A stretch of DNA of 32,000 nt from an uncultured bacterium. GTDB taxonomy: Bacteria; Margulisbacteria; WOR-1; CAVSGV01. A program made the position numbers and the translations under genes. Positions 7,906 to 16,489 of this stretch are shown here, in pieces. The notes under the pieces are model-generated. The model saw only the letters and a program-made list of their open reading frames with translations. It searched no databases and had not been told where the DNA came from. How positions within the stretch are numbered: the stretch's first letter is position 1; the number at the start of each line of letters is the position of its first letter. The stretch is taken from the NCBI GenBank assembly GCA_963699255.1, contig OY969425.1, positions 330,001-362,000 on the forward strand. The letters are read 5' to 3'.

Positions 7906-8667
7906 ATGACCCCCCAAGACACAAGCTGGGAAAAAGTAGCCAACTGGTACGACAAACACGTTTCTGAAGCATCCGATTACCATCGCGACATCATCATACC
8001 CGGTGCATTAAAGCTCCTGGACGCCAAAAGAGGAGAGAAGATCCTTGATGTGGGGTGCGGTCAGGGAGAACTCTGCAGGGAGCTTGCAAAGATCGGCGTT
8101 CATGTTGTCGGTATCGATGCCTCCAAGAAACTTATAGATATAGCAAAAAAGAGATCCGGAGAGAAATATAATATCCACTTCAGGGTTTCGGATGCGGGCG
8201 ATCTGGAGGGGATACAGGACGGGACGTTCGATGCCGCGTGCTCGATACTCGCGATACAGAACATGGAAAACCTTGATGCGGTCGCAAAAGAAATGTCGAG
8301 GGTGGTCAAGAGGGGAGGGCGTATCCTGTGGGTGCTGAACCATCCGTGCTTCAGGATCCCGAGACAGAGCGGGTGGGGGTTTGACGAAAAAAGAAAACTT
8401 CAGTACCGGCGCATAGACCGTTACATGAGTGAAAATAAGATACCCATACAGATGCATCCGGGCTCATCTCCGAACATATACACCTGGACTTTTCACCGGC
8501 CATTATCGGGTTACTTTGATCAATTCAATTCCCGCGGATTTGCGGTAACAAAGCTTGAAGAATGGATATCCCACAGGAAGAGCAAGCCGGGGGCGTCCGC
8601 AAGGTCCGAGAATGCGGCGAGGGAAGAGATCCCTCTGTTCCTGGCTATCTTAGCCGTCAAAATTTGA
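7906..8667 (+). CDS. Class I SAM-dependent methyltransferase
   Basis: ATG 7906 lies just after the SOD stop; the track ORF from 7852 overlaps the SOD gene. Motif I is ILDVGCGQGEL, followed by VVGIDAS. Confidence 0.8.
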   Translation: MTPQDTSWEKVANWYDKHVSEASDYHRDIIIPGALKLLDAKRGEKILDVGCGQGELCRELAKIGVHVVGIDASKKLIDIAKKRSGEKYNIHFRVSDAGDLEGIQDGTFDAACSILAIQNMENLDAVAKEMSRVVKRGGRILWVLNHPCFRIPRQSGWGFDEKRKLQYRRIDRYMSENKIPIQMHPGSSPNIYTWTFHRPLSGYFDQFNSRGFAVTKLEEWISHRKSKPGASARSENAAREEIPLFLAILAVKI

Positions 8668-8738
8668 TTTGTTGCCGGTATAGATGTAAACTTGCGTGAC
8701 AGGACAGGGAGGTGTTCATTTTGGAGACTGGAGTAGTA

Positions 8739-8846
8739 ATGACGCTGATCATATGCGGAACTATCGTAGCCGTTGTACTGATAGGGATATTTTTCACCAT
8801 GTGGATCATTACCAAGGGGATACAGGTGGCAAAGGACAATAAATAG
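8739..8846 (+). CDS. Possible 35-aa single-TM peptide (MTLIICGTIVAVVLIGIFFTMWIITKGIQVAKDNK)
   Basis: The ORF is below the track's size cut-off. GGAG lies 5 nt upstream of the ATG. A hydrophobic core is followed by a basic tail. It fills an otherwise empty 179-nt gap. There is no homology evidence. Confidence 0.3.
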   Translation: MTLIICGTIVAVVLIGIFFTMWIITKGIQVAKDNK

Positions 8847-10787
8847 TTACGTCTTTGCCTCCGCCCAGTTCTCTCCCACCGCGAGATGCACCTTAACGGG
8901 AACGTTCAACTTAACAGCGTTGGTCATTTCATTCTCCACAAGCTTTTTGACTTCCGTAACTTCTTCATCTGGTACTTCGAATACAAGCTCGTCGTGCACC
9001 TGAAGTATCATTTTTGTCTTGAGCATTTTTGATCCTATTTTATCCTGGATGTTTATCATCGCTACCTTGATTATGTCCGCGGCGGTCCCCTGAACAGGGG
9101 TGTTTATCGCAGTCCTTTCCGCGAAGCTCCTCAGGTTCAGGTTCGGATTGTTGATGTCCGGAAGCGGTCTTTTCCTTCCAAGCAGGGTGCAGACGTAGCC
9201 GTCCTTTTTTGCCTGAGCAATGACATCATCAATGAACTTTTTAATTCCCGCGTGCTTCTTGAAATAAGTTTCGATGTACCTGGCCGCTTCCGTCTTTTTA
9301 ATTTTCAAGCTTTTTGAAAGGCCGAAATCGGACATCCCGTAGATTATCCCGAAGTTGACCACCTTCGCCTTGTCGCGCATGTCTTCCGTAACATCCTTAA
9401 GGGGCACATCAAAGACCTCCGATGCTGTAGCTTTGTGGATATCAAGGTCTTCCGAAAAGGCTTTCGTGAATACGGGATCTCCGCTTAGATGAGCGAGTAT
9501 CCTAAGCTCAATCTGTGAATAGTCCGCGGCAAGTATTTTCCATCCCTTTTCTGCGGGTACAAATGCTCCTCTTATCCTCTGCGCCATTTCTCCCTTTGCC
9601 GGGATGTTCTGAAGATTTGGGTTTGAGCTCGAGAGCCTGCCTGTTGCGGTGACCGTCTGATTGAATGACGTGTGGATCCTGCCAGTTTTTTTATTGATAA
9701 GCGTCGGCAGCACGTCGATATACGTGGATTTGTATTTCTGTATCTGCCTGTAATCCATCAGCCTCTGAGCAATCTCGAATTTTTGCGCGAGTTCTTCAAG
9801 GACCTCGGCGTCGGTGGATGCGCCCGTCTTCGTGCGTTTGGTCACGGGGAGCTGAAGCTTTTCATATAATATATTCTGGAGCTGTTTTGGGGAGTTGATG
9901 TTGAACACCTCGCCTGATATGGCAAATATCTGGGTCTCAAGGTGTTTCATCTCTATCTCGATCTCTTTTGACATGACCTTCAGCTTGTCCTTGTCGATTG
10001 AAACGCCGGTTTCTTCCATTGTCGCGAGCACTTCGATCAGCGGCATCTCTATGTTCTCAAAAAGACCGATAAGCTTTTCGTTCAGGATCTTTTCTTTTAA
10101 TATAGGAACAAGTTGAAGCGTCACGTCGGCGTCGGAGCATGAATAATCCGAGGCGGGCCCGATGTCCACCTCCGCCATAGTGATCTGTTTTACTCCCGTG
10201 CCGATGAGCTCTGTTATCTCCATCATTTGCTTGCCCAAAAGCCCGTGAGCGAGGTTCTTAAGCCCGATCTTTCCTGTTGGATCAAGCGTATAGGCGGCTA
10301 TCATCGTGTCAAAAGACAGATTGCGGACGTTAATGCCACAGTTATAGAGCACCTCAATGTCATATTTGAGATTTTGGCCGTATTTTGGAATGTCAGCATT
10401 CTCAAGAACAGGTTTAAGCGCGGCCAGCACATCATCGATATCAAGCTGCTTGCCTTTCTTATGGCCCACGGGCGCATAATAAGCGCTGTTCGGCCTGGTG
10501 GAAAAAGATAACCCTACAAGATCGACCTCGAAGGGATTCCGTCCGGTCGTTTCAGTATCAAATGCAAAACCACAGGATGCTTCCAGCTCTTTGACCAGGG
10601 CTTCAAGTTTATCCTTTGAATCAACCGTGACATAAGCGACATTGGCCTCCTTCAGCGCCTCTCTTTTTTTCTCGACCGTGAACAGGCTCGGCTGCGGCGA
10701 ATATTTCTTTATGAGGCTGCTGAAATTCAAGCTCTTCGAACAAAGGAACAACCTTTGATATGTCGAGTGTGAAAGCAGCAATATCAA
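8847..10787 (-). CDS. polA: DNA polymerase I, 3'-5' exonuclease + polymerase (Klenow-like) portion; continues the upstream 5'-nuclease ORF after a 1-nt frame break
   Basis: Exonuclease motifs are FDTETT, YGQNLKYD and YSCSDADV. Polymerase motifs are A (LAADYSQIELRILAH), B (RDKAKVVNFGIIYG) and C (LQVHDELVFE). True coding in this frame probably begins near 10724 (FSSLIKKY). Confidence 0.9.
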   Translation of the reverse strand: MILLLSHSTYQRLFLCSKSLNFSSLIKKYSPQPSLFTVEKKREALKEANVAYVTVDSKDKLEALVKELEASCGFAFDTETTGRNPFEVDLVGLSFSTRPNSAYYAPVGHKKGKQLDIDDVLAALKPVLENADIPKYGQNLKYDIEVLYNCGINVRNLSFDTMIAAYTLDPTGKIGLKNLAHGLLGKQMMEITELIGTGVKQITMAEVDIGPASDYSCSDADVTLQLVPILKEKILNEKLIGLFENIEMPLIEVLATMEETGVSIDKDKLKVMSKEIEIEMKHLETQIFAISGEVFNINSPKQLQNILYEKLQLPVTKRTKTGASTDAEVLEELAQKFEIAQRLMDYRQIQKYKSTYIDVLPTLINKKTGRIHTSFNQTVTATGRLSSSNPNLQNIPAKGEMAQRIRGAFVPAEKGWKILAADYSQIELRILAHLSGDPVFTKAFSEDLDIHKATASEVFDVPLKDVTEDMRDKAKVVNFGIIYGMSDFGLSKSLKIKKTEAARYIETYFKKHAGIKKFIDDVIAQAKKDGYVCTLLGRKRPLPDINNPNLNLRSFAERTAINTPVQGTAADIIKVAMINIQDKIGSKMLKTKMILQVHDELVFEVPDEEVTEVKKLVENEMTNAVKLNVPVKVHLAVGENWAEAKT

Positions 10788-11553
10788 AGTCGGCTTTTAT
10801 AGGAACATCCGTTCTGATAGTGGCAAGCACCTTGCTGTCTTTGGCGTCCCGTATGCCGGCCTGGATCTTCGCCCTCAATTTAATGTTCTCAACTTTGTCA
10901 AGGTTGTTTAACAGGTTATCCAGGCTGCCGAATTTCTGCAGGAGGTCTGAAGCGGTCTTTTCTCCTATCCCTTTTATGCCAGGTATGTTGTCGGACGCGT
11001 CACCTTTAAGGGACTTGAAATCCACAACCTGCTCCGGAGTTATTCCGAACCTTTTTTTAACTTCTTCCGCGTCATAAGTGACGATGTCAGACAGACCTTT
11101 CCTTGTGGTCAGAACTCTGATCCTGTCGTCTATCATCTGCAGCGCGTCAAGATCGCCCGTGACGATCTCAACGTTAAAGCCTTTTTCTTCCGCATTTTTT
11201 GCCAGAGTGCCGATGATATCGTCCGCCTCGTATCCGTCGATCTCAAAGATCGGTATGCCCATTGTCTGGGACATCTTTCTGACAAGGGGCATCTGCTCGT
11301 AAAGGGTAGGGGGAGCCTTCTGCCTGGTCGCCTTGTACTGGGCGTATTGCTTGTGGCGGAACGTGGGAGCGGCTGTATCGAATGCGATCGCGATAAAATC
11401 GGGCTTTTTATCCAGCACTTTCAGGAGCATCGTCGTGAATCCGTAAACCGCGTTCGTGACTATTCCGGATGCGGTTTTCATTGTGTCGGGCAGCGCGTAA
11501 AAAGCCCTGTATGCGAGGCTGTTTCCATCGATGAGTACGGCTTTTTTGGGCAT
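10621..11553 (-). CDS. polA: DNA polymerase I, 5'-3' exonuclease (FEN-like) portion
   Basis: Family strings include MPKKAVLIDGNSLAYRAFYAL, TGDLDALQ and SDNIPGIKGIGEKTA. Conserved sequence ends at PLFEELEF (about 10723). The remaining tail is out-of-frame read-through. Confidence 0.9.
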   Translation of the reverse strand: MPKKAVLIDGNSLAYRAFYALPDTMKTASGIVTNAVYGFTTMLLKVLDKKPDFIAIAFDTAAPTFRHKQYAQYKATRQKAPPTLYEQMPLVRKMSQTMGIPIFEIDGYEADDIIGTLAKNAEEKGFNVEIVTGDLDALQMIDDRIRVLTTRKGLSDIVTYDAEEVKKRFGITPEQVVDFKSLKGDASDNIPGIKGIGEKTASDLLQKFGSLDNLLNNLDKVENIKLRAKIQAGIRDAKDSKVLATIRTDVPIKADFDIAAFTLDISKVVPLFEELEFQQPHKEIFAAAEPVHGREKKRGAEGGQCRLCHG

Positions 11554-11578
11554 TTCGGGGATTATCTTACCACAGATC

Positions 11579-12190
11579 CTATGATTTTTCGCCCAGCTGG
11601 TACCTTGTAAATCTCCTGATGACGATGTTTTCGCCGATCTTCGCGCAGAATTCTCCGAGAAGGTCTTTTATTGTCTTTTTCGGGTCTTTTATGAAAGGCT
11701 GGTCAATGAGGCACACTTCGCTGAAGAACTTTTCAAGGCGTCCCTCGACTATTGTATCCGCTACTTTCTCCGGTTTTCCTTCCGCGAGCGTCTGGCTTTT
11801 CAGTATCTCCTTTTCGTGGGACACGATCCCGTCCGGAACTTCTTCGCGTGTCAGATACTGCGGGTTTGAAGCCGCGATCTGCATGGCTATGTCTTTGACA
11901 AAGGACTGGAATTCGATGTTCCTCGCGACAAAATCCGTTTCGCAGTTGATCTCCAGCAGAACGCCTATTTTCCCCCCAAGGTGAATATAGCTGTCCACGA
12001 CTCCCTCAGCTGCGGTACGGCCGGCCCTGCGTGCGGCGGCAGCCAATCCCAGCGCCCTCAAAAGATCCATTGCTTTTTCCATGTCTCCGCCGGCTTCCAG
12101 CAGGGCTTTTTTACAATCCATCATTCCAACGCCCGTTTTTTCCCTGAGAGCCTTTATGGTTTCGGTGGTAATTTCGATCTTAGAACCCAA
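11579..12190 (-). CDS. tsf: Elongation factor Ts
   Basis: The N-terminal UBA-like segment is [34 protein letters not shown]. The short (about 200 aa) form is present. A TTG at 12190 lies 9 nt after GGGAG. The track start 12229 (also TTG) would overlap rpsB by 50 nt. Confidence 0.85.
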   Translation of the reverse strand: MGSKIEITTETIKALREKTGVGMMDCKKALLEAGGDMEKAMDLLRALGLAAAARRAGRTAAEGVVDSYIHLGGKIGVLLEINCETDFVARNIEFQSFVKDIAMQIAASNPQYLTREEVPDGIVSHEKEILKSQTLAEGKPEKVADTIVEGRLEKFFSEVCLIDQPFIKDPKKTIKDLLGEFCAKIGENIVIRRFTRYQLGEKS

Positions 12191-13025
12191 TTCTCTTTTC
12201 TCCCTTTGCCTGTTCCTGTTCTTCCTCAAGTTTCAGTTTGGCTGCGGCTATTGCTTCCATCTGTTCTTCCTGTCCGAGAACTTCCGCTTCTTCGATTTCC
12301 ACCGGAACCGCTATTTCCTCCGATGAAATTTCATTTGGCTTCAAGACCTGGCGTCCGGCCAGAACCGCGTCCGCCATCAATGAGGTCAGAAGCTTAATGG
12401 ATTTTATCGCGTCGTCATTGGCGGGGAGGGGATAATCCACTTCTTCGGGGTCGCAGTTCGTGTCAACAACTCCAACGATAGGTATTTCAAGACGCTTTGC
12501 TTCCTTGATCGCGATTATTTCTTTTTTGGAGTCAACAACAAAAAGAATGGAAGGCATCGAAACCATTTCCCTGACGCCTCCAAGACCTTTCATGATCTTG
12601 CCATACTCTCTTTTTATGCTGGCTACTTCCTTTTTGGTAATCTTGTCAAATATGCCGTCGGTTTCCATTTTTTCTATTTCTTTCATTTTTGCGATGTTCT
12701 TTTTAAGGGTCTTGAAATTCGTCAGTGTGCCGCCCAGCCACCTCTGGTTAACATAGAACATGCCGCATCTTTTGGCTTCTTCTTCAATGGATTCCTGCGC
12801 CTGTTTTTTTGTTCCCACGAACAGAACAGTGCCGTTCTTCGCGACGACATCTTTCACGAAATTGTACGCTTTTTCTATTAGAGGTATGGTCTTGTGAAGG
12901 TCTATGACATGAATATCGTTCCTCGAAGAATATATGAACTTCTTCATTTTCGGGTTCCATCGTTTGCTCTGGTGGCCGAAGTGCACACCGGCTTCAAGCA
13001 ACTGTTTCATTGTAACAACTGACAC
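12180..13025 (-). CDS. rpsB: 30S ribosomal protein S2 with an acidic C-terminal extension
   Basis: Contains [22 protein letters not shown]. The GTG start lies 9 nt after AGGAGG. The Glu-rich tail is [20 protein letters not shown].... Confidence 0.92.
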   Translation of the reverse strand: MSVVTMKQLLEAGVHFGHQSKRWNPKMKKFIYSSRNDIHVIDLHKTIPLIEKAYNFVKDVVAKNGTVLFVGTKKQAQESIEEEAKRCGMFYVNQRWLGGTLTNFKTLKKNIAKMKEIEKMETDGIFDKITKKEVASIKREYGKIMKGLGGVREMVSMPSILFVVDSKKEIIAIKEAKRLEIPIVGVVDTNCDPEEVDYPLPANDDAIKSIKLLTSLMADAVLAGRQVLKPNEISSEEIAVPVEIEEAEVLGQEEQMEAIAAAKLKLEEEQEQAKGEKRIGF

Positions 13026-13076
13026 AATTAATTACCTCCTATTGATTATGGATTATTGCAAAAGTCACGAAGAGTT

Positions 13077-13105
13077 ATTATACCAGCAGAGGCGAAGGTT
13101 TGCAA
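13077..13105 (-). promoter_or_regulatory. Sigma70-type promoter candidate for rpsB-tsf
   Basis: On the minus strand: TTGCAA (13105-13100), a 17-nt spacer, then TATAAT (13082-13077). This is about 50 nt upstream of the rpsB start. Confidence 0.45.
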
Positions 13106-13112
13106 TCTTCTT

Positions 13113-13985
13113 TTATCCGGCGATAATGACCCTTTCCAGTCCGTTCAGGTCCTTTTTTATCCGGATGTTCTTTGGTTTTAGCGCGTTCTGGATGAGGGAG
13201 GCCACGTCATTTGCGCTGTCAGAAGCCACTTCCAAAAGGAGGAAGCCGCCTTCTTTTAAGAAGCTGGCGCCTTTTTCCGCGATCTTTCTGTAGCAATCAA
13301 GTCCGTCCGGCCCTCCATCAAGCGCGGCATAAGGTTCGAAGTCCCTGATCTCGGGTTGCAGGTTCTTGATGTTGGCGGTCTTTATGTACGGCGGGTTGGA
13401 AATGATGATGTTGCACTGCAGGTTTTCTTCCGGGAAAAGGTCCGTTTCAATGAATTGTATCTTGTTTTCAACTTCATGCTTCTTTGCGTTTGAAAGAGCC
13501 ACTTCAAGGGCTTTGCCTGATGAATCGGTCGCATGGACCTCGATATTGTCTATGAACTTGGCCAGTGACACCGCGATTATCCCGGAACCTGTGCCGATAT
13601 CAAGCACCGTTATCTTTCCTTCGAAAGTCTTTGATAATTCAATGGCATTCTCTATAAGGAGCTCCGTTTCCGGCCTCGGGATAAGAACGTCAGGTGTCAC
13701 GTTGAAATTAAGTGACATGAAGTGTTTGTTCCCGATGATGTAAGCTGCAGGCTCACCCTTTACCCTTCTGGTTATGAATCCCTTGAAAGTCTCAAGGCCC
13801 TTTTTATCGATCTCTTTTTCAAAGTCGATATAGAGCTTGATCCTGTCCATATGTAAAGCGTGTGACAAAAGTATCTCGGCTTCAAGATGCGGGGTCTCTA
13901 TTTTGTGTTTATTGAAATAGTCCGTTGTCCAGTCAAGGACCTTCTTTATCGTCCAGGATTCATTGTCCATGTTTTGATTTTTCAA
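13113..13985 (-). CDS. prmC: Release-factor glutamine N5-methyltransferase (PrmC/HemK)
   Basis: Contains VLDIGTGSGIIAV (SAM motif) and IISNPPYI (NPPY). It lies downstream of and overlaps prfA. The start is TTG 13985 or ATG 13970. Confidence 0.88.
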   Translation of the reverse strand: MKNQNMDNESWTIKKVLDWTTDYFNKHKIETPHLEAEILLSHALHMDRIKLYIDFEKEIDKKGLETFKGFITRRVKGEPAAYIIGNKHFMSLNFNVTPDVLIPRPETELLIENAIELSKTFEGKITVLDIGTGSGIIAVSLAKFIDNIEVHATDSSGKALEVALSNAKKHEVENKIQFIETDLFPEENLQCNIIISNPPYIKTANIKNLQPEIRDFEPYAALDGGPDGLDCYRKIAEKGASFLKEGGFLLLEVASDSANDVASLIQNALKPKNIRIKKDLNGLERVIIAG

Positions 13986-15030
13986 GTTTGGCGGCTTTGT
14001 CGGCGGCAGCCAGCGCTGCTATCATCTCATCCAGATCTCCGTCCATGATCGCGTCGATCTTATAAAGCGACAGGCCTATCCTGTGGTCGGTGACGCGGTT
14101 CTGCGGGAAATTGTATGTCCTGATCTTCTCGCTCCTGTCTCCGGTTCCTATCTGAACGCGCCGCAGTTCGTCGAGCTCTCCCTTTTGCTTGATCTTCTTT
14201 TCGTCAAGGAGCCGGGACCTTAAGAGGTTCATTGCCTTTGCCCGGTTCTGGTGCTGGGAGCGTTCGTCCTGGCATACGACCACCGTATTTGTAGGTATGT
14301 GCGTGATCCTGATCGCGGAGCTGACCTTGTTGACGTTCTGCCCGCCGGCGCCGCCCGACCTGAAGGTATCCACTCTCAGGTCTCTCTCGTCAATCTTAAG
14401 GTCTATTTCTTCAGCCTCCGGTATCACCGCCACCGTTGCCGCCGAAGTATGCACCCTCCCGCTGGCTTCGGTCGAGGGAACCCTCTGAACGCGGTGGGTG
14501 CCGCTTTCATATTTAAAATTGCTGTAGGCTCCCTTTCCATGGACCGCGATCACGGCCTCCTTGTATCCTCCTAGCCCGGTCGGATTATCGTTCACCATCT
14601 CCGTTTTATAACCCTTGCGCTCAGCGAACCTGAGATACATCCGCAGGAGCTGACCGGCAAAAAGAGCGGCTTCTTCTCCGCCCGTGCCCGCCCTCAGCTC
14701 TATGAAAATGTCCTTTTCGTCATACGGGTCTTTTGGAAGGAGAAGGTACTCGAGCTCCATGGCAAGCATCTGTTCTTTTTTTTCATGTTCCTTCAGTTCA
14801 GCTTCCGCCATTTCCTTTACTTCGTTGTCCCTGGATAGGGCCTTGAGGGTGTCTATTTCGGCTTTTAACTTTTTGTATTCCCTGAATTTGGACACGATCG
14901 GTTTCAGGTCCGAGAGTTCCTTGGAAAAGGCAAAGTATTGTTCTTTGTCCCTTATTATATCAGCGGAAGAAAGGAGGATTTCCAGTTCATTAGATCTCTT
15001 TTCAATTGACTCTAATTTGTTAAAAAGCAT
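13960..15030 (-). CDS. prfA: Peptide chain release factor 1
   Basis: Contains the GGQ motif (SGGAGGQNVNK) and an RF1-type PxT tripeptide (RVPSTE). 356 aa. Confidence 0.93.
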   Translation of the reverse strand: MLFNKLESIEKRSNELEILLSSADIIRDKEQYFAFSKELSDLKPIVSKFREYKKLKAEIDTLKALSRDNEVKEMAEAELKEHEKKEQMLAMELEYLLLPKDPYDEKDIFIELRAGTGGEEAALFAGQLLRMYLRFAERKGYKTEMVNDNPTGLGGYKEAVIAVHGKGAYSNFKYESGTHRVQRVPSTEASGRVHTSAATVAVIPEAEEIDLKIDERDLRVDTFRSGGAGGQNVNKVSSAIRITHIPTNTVVVCQDERSQHQNRAKAMNLLRSRLLDEKKIKQKGELDELRRVQIGTGDRSEKIRTYNFPQNRVTDHRIGLSLYKIDAIMDGDLDEMIAALAAADKAAKLEKSKHGQ

Positions 15031-15056
15031 TTATGAGAACTCAACAGCAGGGGCTG

Positions 15057-15293
15057 TTATCTTCTTTTCTTGGGCTTTTTTGCGGCCGGGGCGGCAACAT
15101 GAGAGTATTTTTTCTTGAAGCGCTCAACTCTGCCCTCGGAATCCATTAGTTTTTGTTTTCCGGTAAATAACGGATGGCAATTGGAGCAAATATCGACCCT
15201 GATGTTCTCCTTGGTTGAGCCGATCTCATATGTCGCTCCGCACGCGCAAGCCGCGGTCGTCTTATAATATTTTGGATGAATATTTTCTTTCAT
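15057..15293 (-). CDS. rpmE: 50S ribosomal protein L31 (Cys-containing, type A-like)
   Basis: Begins [10 protein letters not shown]. Contains CACG...[10 protein letters not shown]. The ATG at 15293 is preceded by GGAGGAAAAAC. The track ORF from 15347 is an upstream extension. Confidence 0.9.
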   Translation of the reverse strand: MKENIHPKYYKTTAACACGATYEIGSTKENIRVDICSNCHPLFTGKQKLMDSEGRVERFKKKYSHVAAPAAKKPKKRR

Positions 15294-15375
15294 GTTTTTC
15301 CTCCAAGATTCGAGGAACATTTTATCATAAGTTGGGTTTGGCCGCAATTAGTATTTTCGCCTAATTGAAAAAAGC

Positions 15376-15532
15376 GGAATATGGCTTAAAAAGGCTTGAG
15401 AGGGGGAATAGGTGGTACAAGTAGAAAAGGGGAATAAGGGAAAAATGAAAGAGGAGCAGCCTTATTTTGCTTCTTGCACTTATTCGCCTTATCTCACTTC
15501 GGGCACTTCTTAAGCCTTATTGAGCCTTATTC
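15376..15532. repeat. Convergent array of a GGAATA(A/T)GG-type unit (3 forward, 5 reverse copies); imperfect long dyad
   Basis: Forward copies lie at 15376, 15402 and 15429. Reverse copies (CCTTATT-type) lie at 15459, 15477, 15486, 15513 and 15523. Flanking complements are GGCTTAA (15383-89) with TTAAGCC (15510-16). Confidence 0.45.
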
Positions 15533-16387
15533 TTTGACGTCCCACCTGTAGCCGATGGATGCATAAGTGCAGTTCATGGTATAGTTGTAACGGCTTAGAT
15601 CCGCCGCATAATATCCGAACTGAAAGCATAAGGCGTTTTTATCGCCCATCGGCATCTCAAGCCCGTAGAAAAGATGGTATCCCATAGTTGTAAGGTTCTC
15701 TTTAAAAGGCGTTTCCAGGTCGGTTAAGTAATAACCGAGGCCGAGCCCATAGTACTGCTTGCCTCTGAAGTAAGGGCTCGGAAGATAGCTTATGGAGAAA
15801 TCCGCGGTTATCGGCATAAAGTACCAGGAACTTTTTGATGAGGTCAGCTGACCTCGTTCCATTTCAAGTGAGAAATCGATGCTCGGCGCGAGGGGGATCT
15901 TGAATCCAAGCCCCAGGCCGAATGTTGAAGCATAATTATCCAGGGACGGGGAATCATAATTGTAGTAAAGGTTTGACAGGTATCCAAATTTAAGGTACCA
16001 GCCGGTGTGCATTTCTTTGCCGTAGTCGAGTATCCTTTTGGTCCTGAAGACGTCTACGGGCTCTTCGGAGGAGCTTTTTCTTTGTCCCTCCAGACCTTTT
16101 TCTGTGATGTAGATCGTTGTCAGTTCGCTGTCTTTTATTTCCACGATCTCCGCATATAGGGTCGCTTCAGCGGTGGCTTCTCCGGAAGCGATCCTCAAAA
16201 AATGGGTCCCGGATTGTATCTGTTTGATCTGCACGGAATCCGTGCCGCTCAGCTTGCCGTCCAGGTATATTTTGGTCCCCGGAGTTTTCGAGAAAACATT
16301 CAGAGAACCGTATTTCATGTCATCGGCCAACGAAGCCGATGCTATGAATAATAGGAAAACCGCCAAAAGCACGAACGTTTTTTTCAT
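15527..16387 (-). CDS. Secreted PEGA-domain protein with a C-terminal beta-barrel-like region (putative outer-membrane protein)
   Basis: The signal peptide is MKKTFVLLAVFLLFIASASLA. A PEGA-like segment is LNVFSKTPGTKIYLDGKLSGT...GTHFLRI. The C-terminal half is aromatic/Gly-rich with alternating strands. Confidence 0.65.
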   Translation of the reverse strand: MKKTFVLLAVFLLFIASASLADDMKYGSLNVFSKTPGTKIYLDGKLSGTDSVQIKQIQSGTHFLRIASGEATAEATLYAEIVEIKDSELTTIYITEKGLEGQRKSSSEEPVDVFRTKRILDYGKEMHTGWYLKFGYLSNLYYNYDSPSLDNYASTFGLGLGFKIPLAPSIDFSLEMERGQLTSSKSSWYFMPITADFSISYLPSPYFRGKQYYGLGLGYYLTDLETPFKENLTTMGYHLFYGLEMPMGDKNALCFQFGYYAADLSRYNYTMNCTYASIGYRWDVKE

Positions 16388-16489
16388 CTATATAAGTATA
16401 TCATATTTGAATTGTGAAAAAACAGAGATATGATTGTTGCAACTTTAGCTGGTTTTTTACGATATAATTATAGAAAGGAGTAATTACAT

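Noticed and set aside
8657-8839. 60-aa minus-strand ORF in the methyltransferase-polA gap
   Set aside because: It has no RBS and an odd composition. It is antisense to a more plausible, though still tentative, 35-aa TM-peptide ORF on the plus strand.
15445-15513. 22-codon plus-strand ORF (MKEEQPYFASCTYSPYLTSGTS) inside the second repeat array
   Set aside because: It is very short with only a weak purine-rich RBS. It is fully explained as a by-product of the repeat sequence, and there is no supporting evidence.
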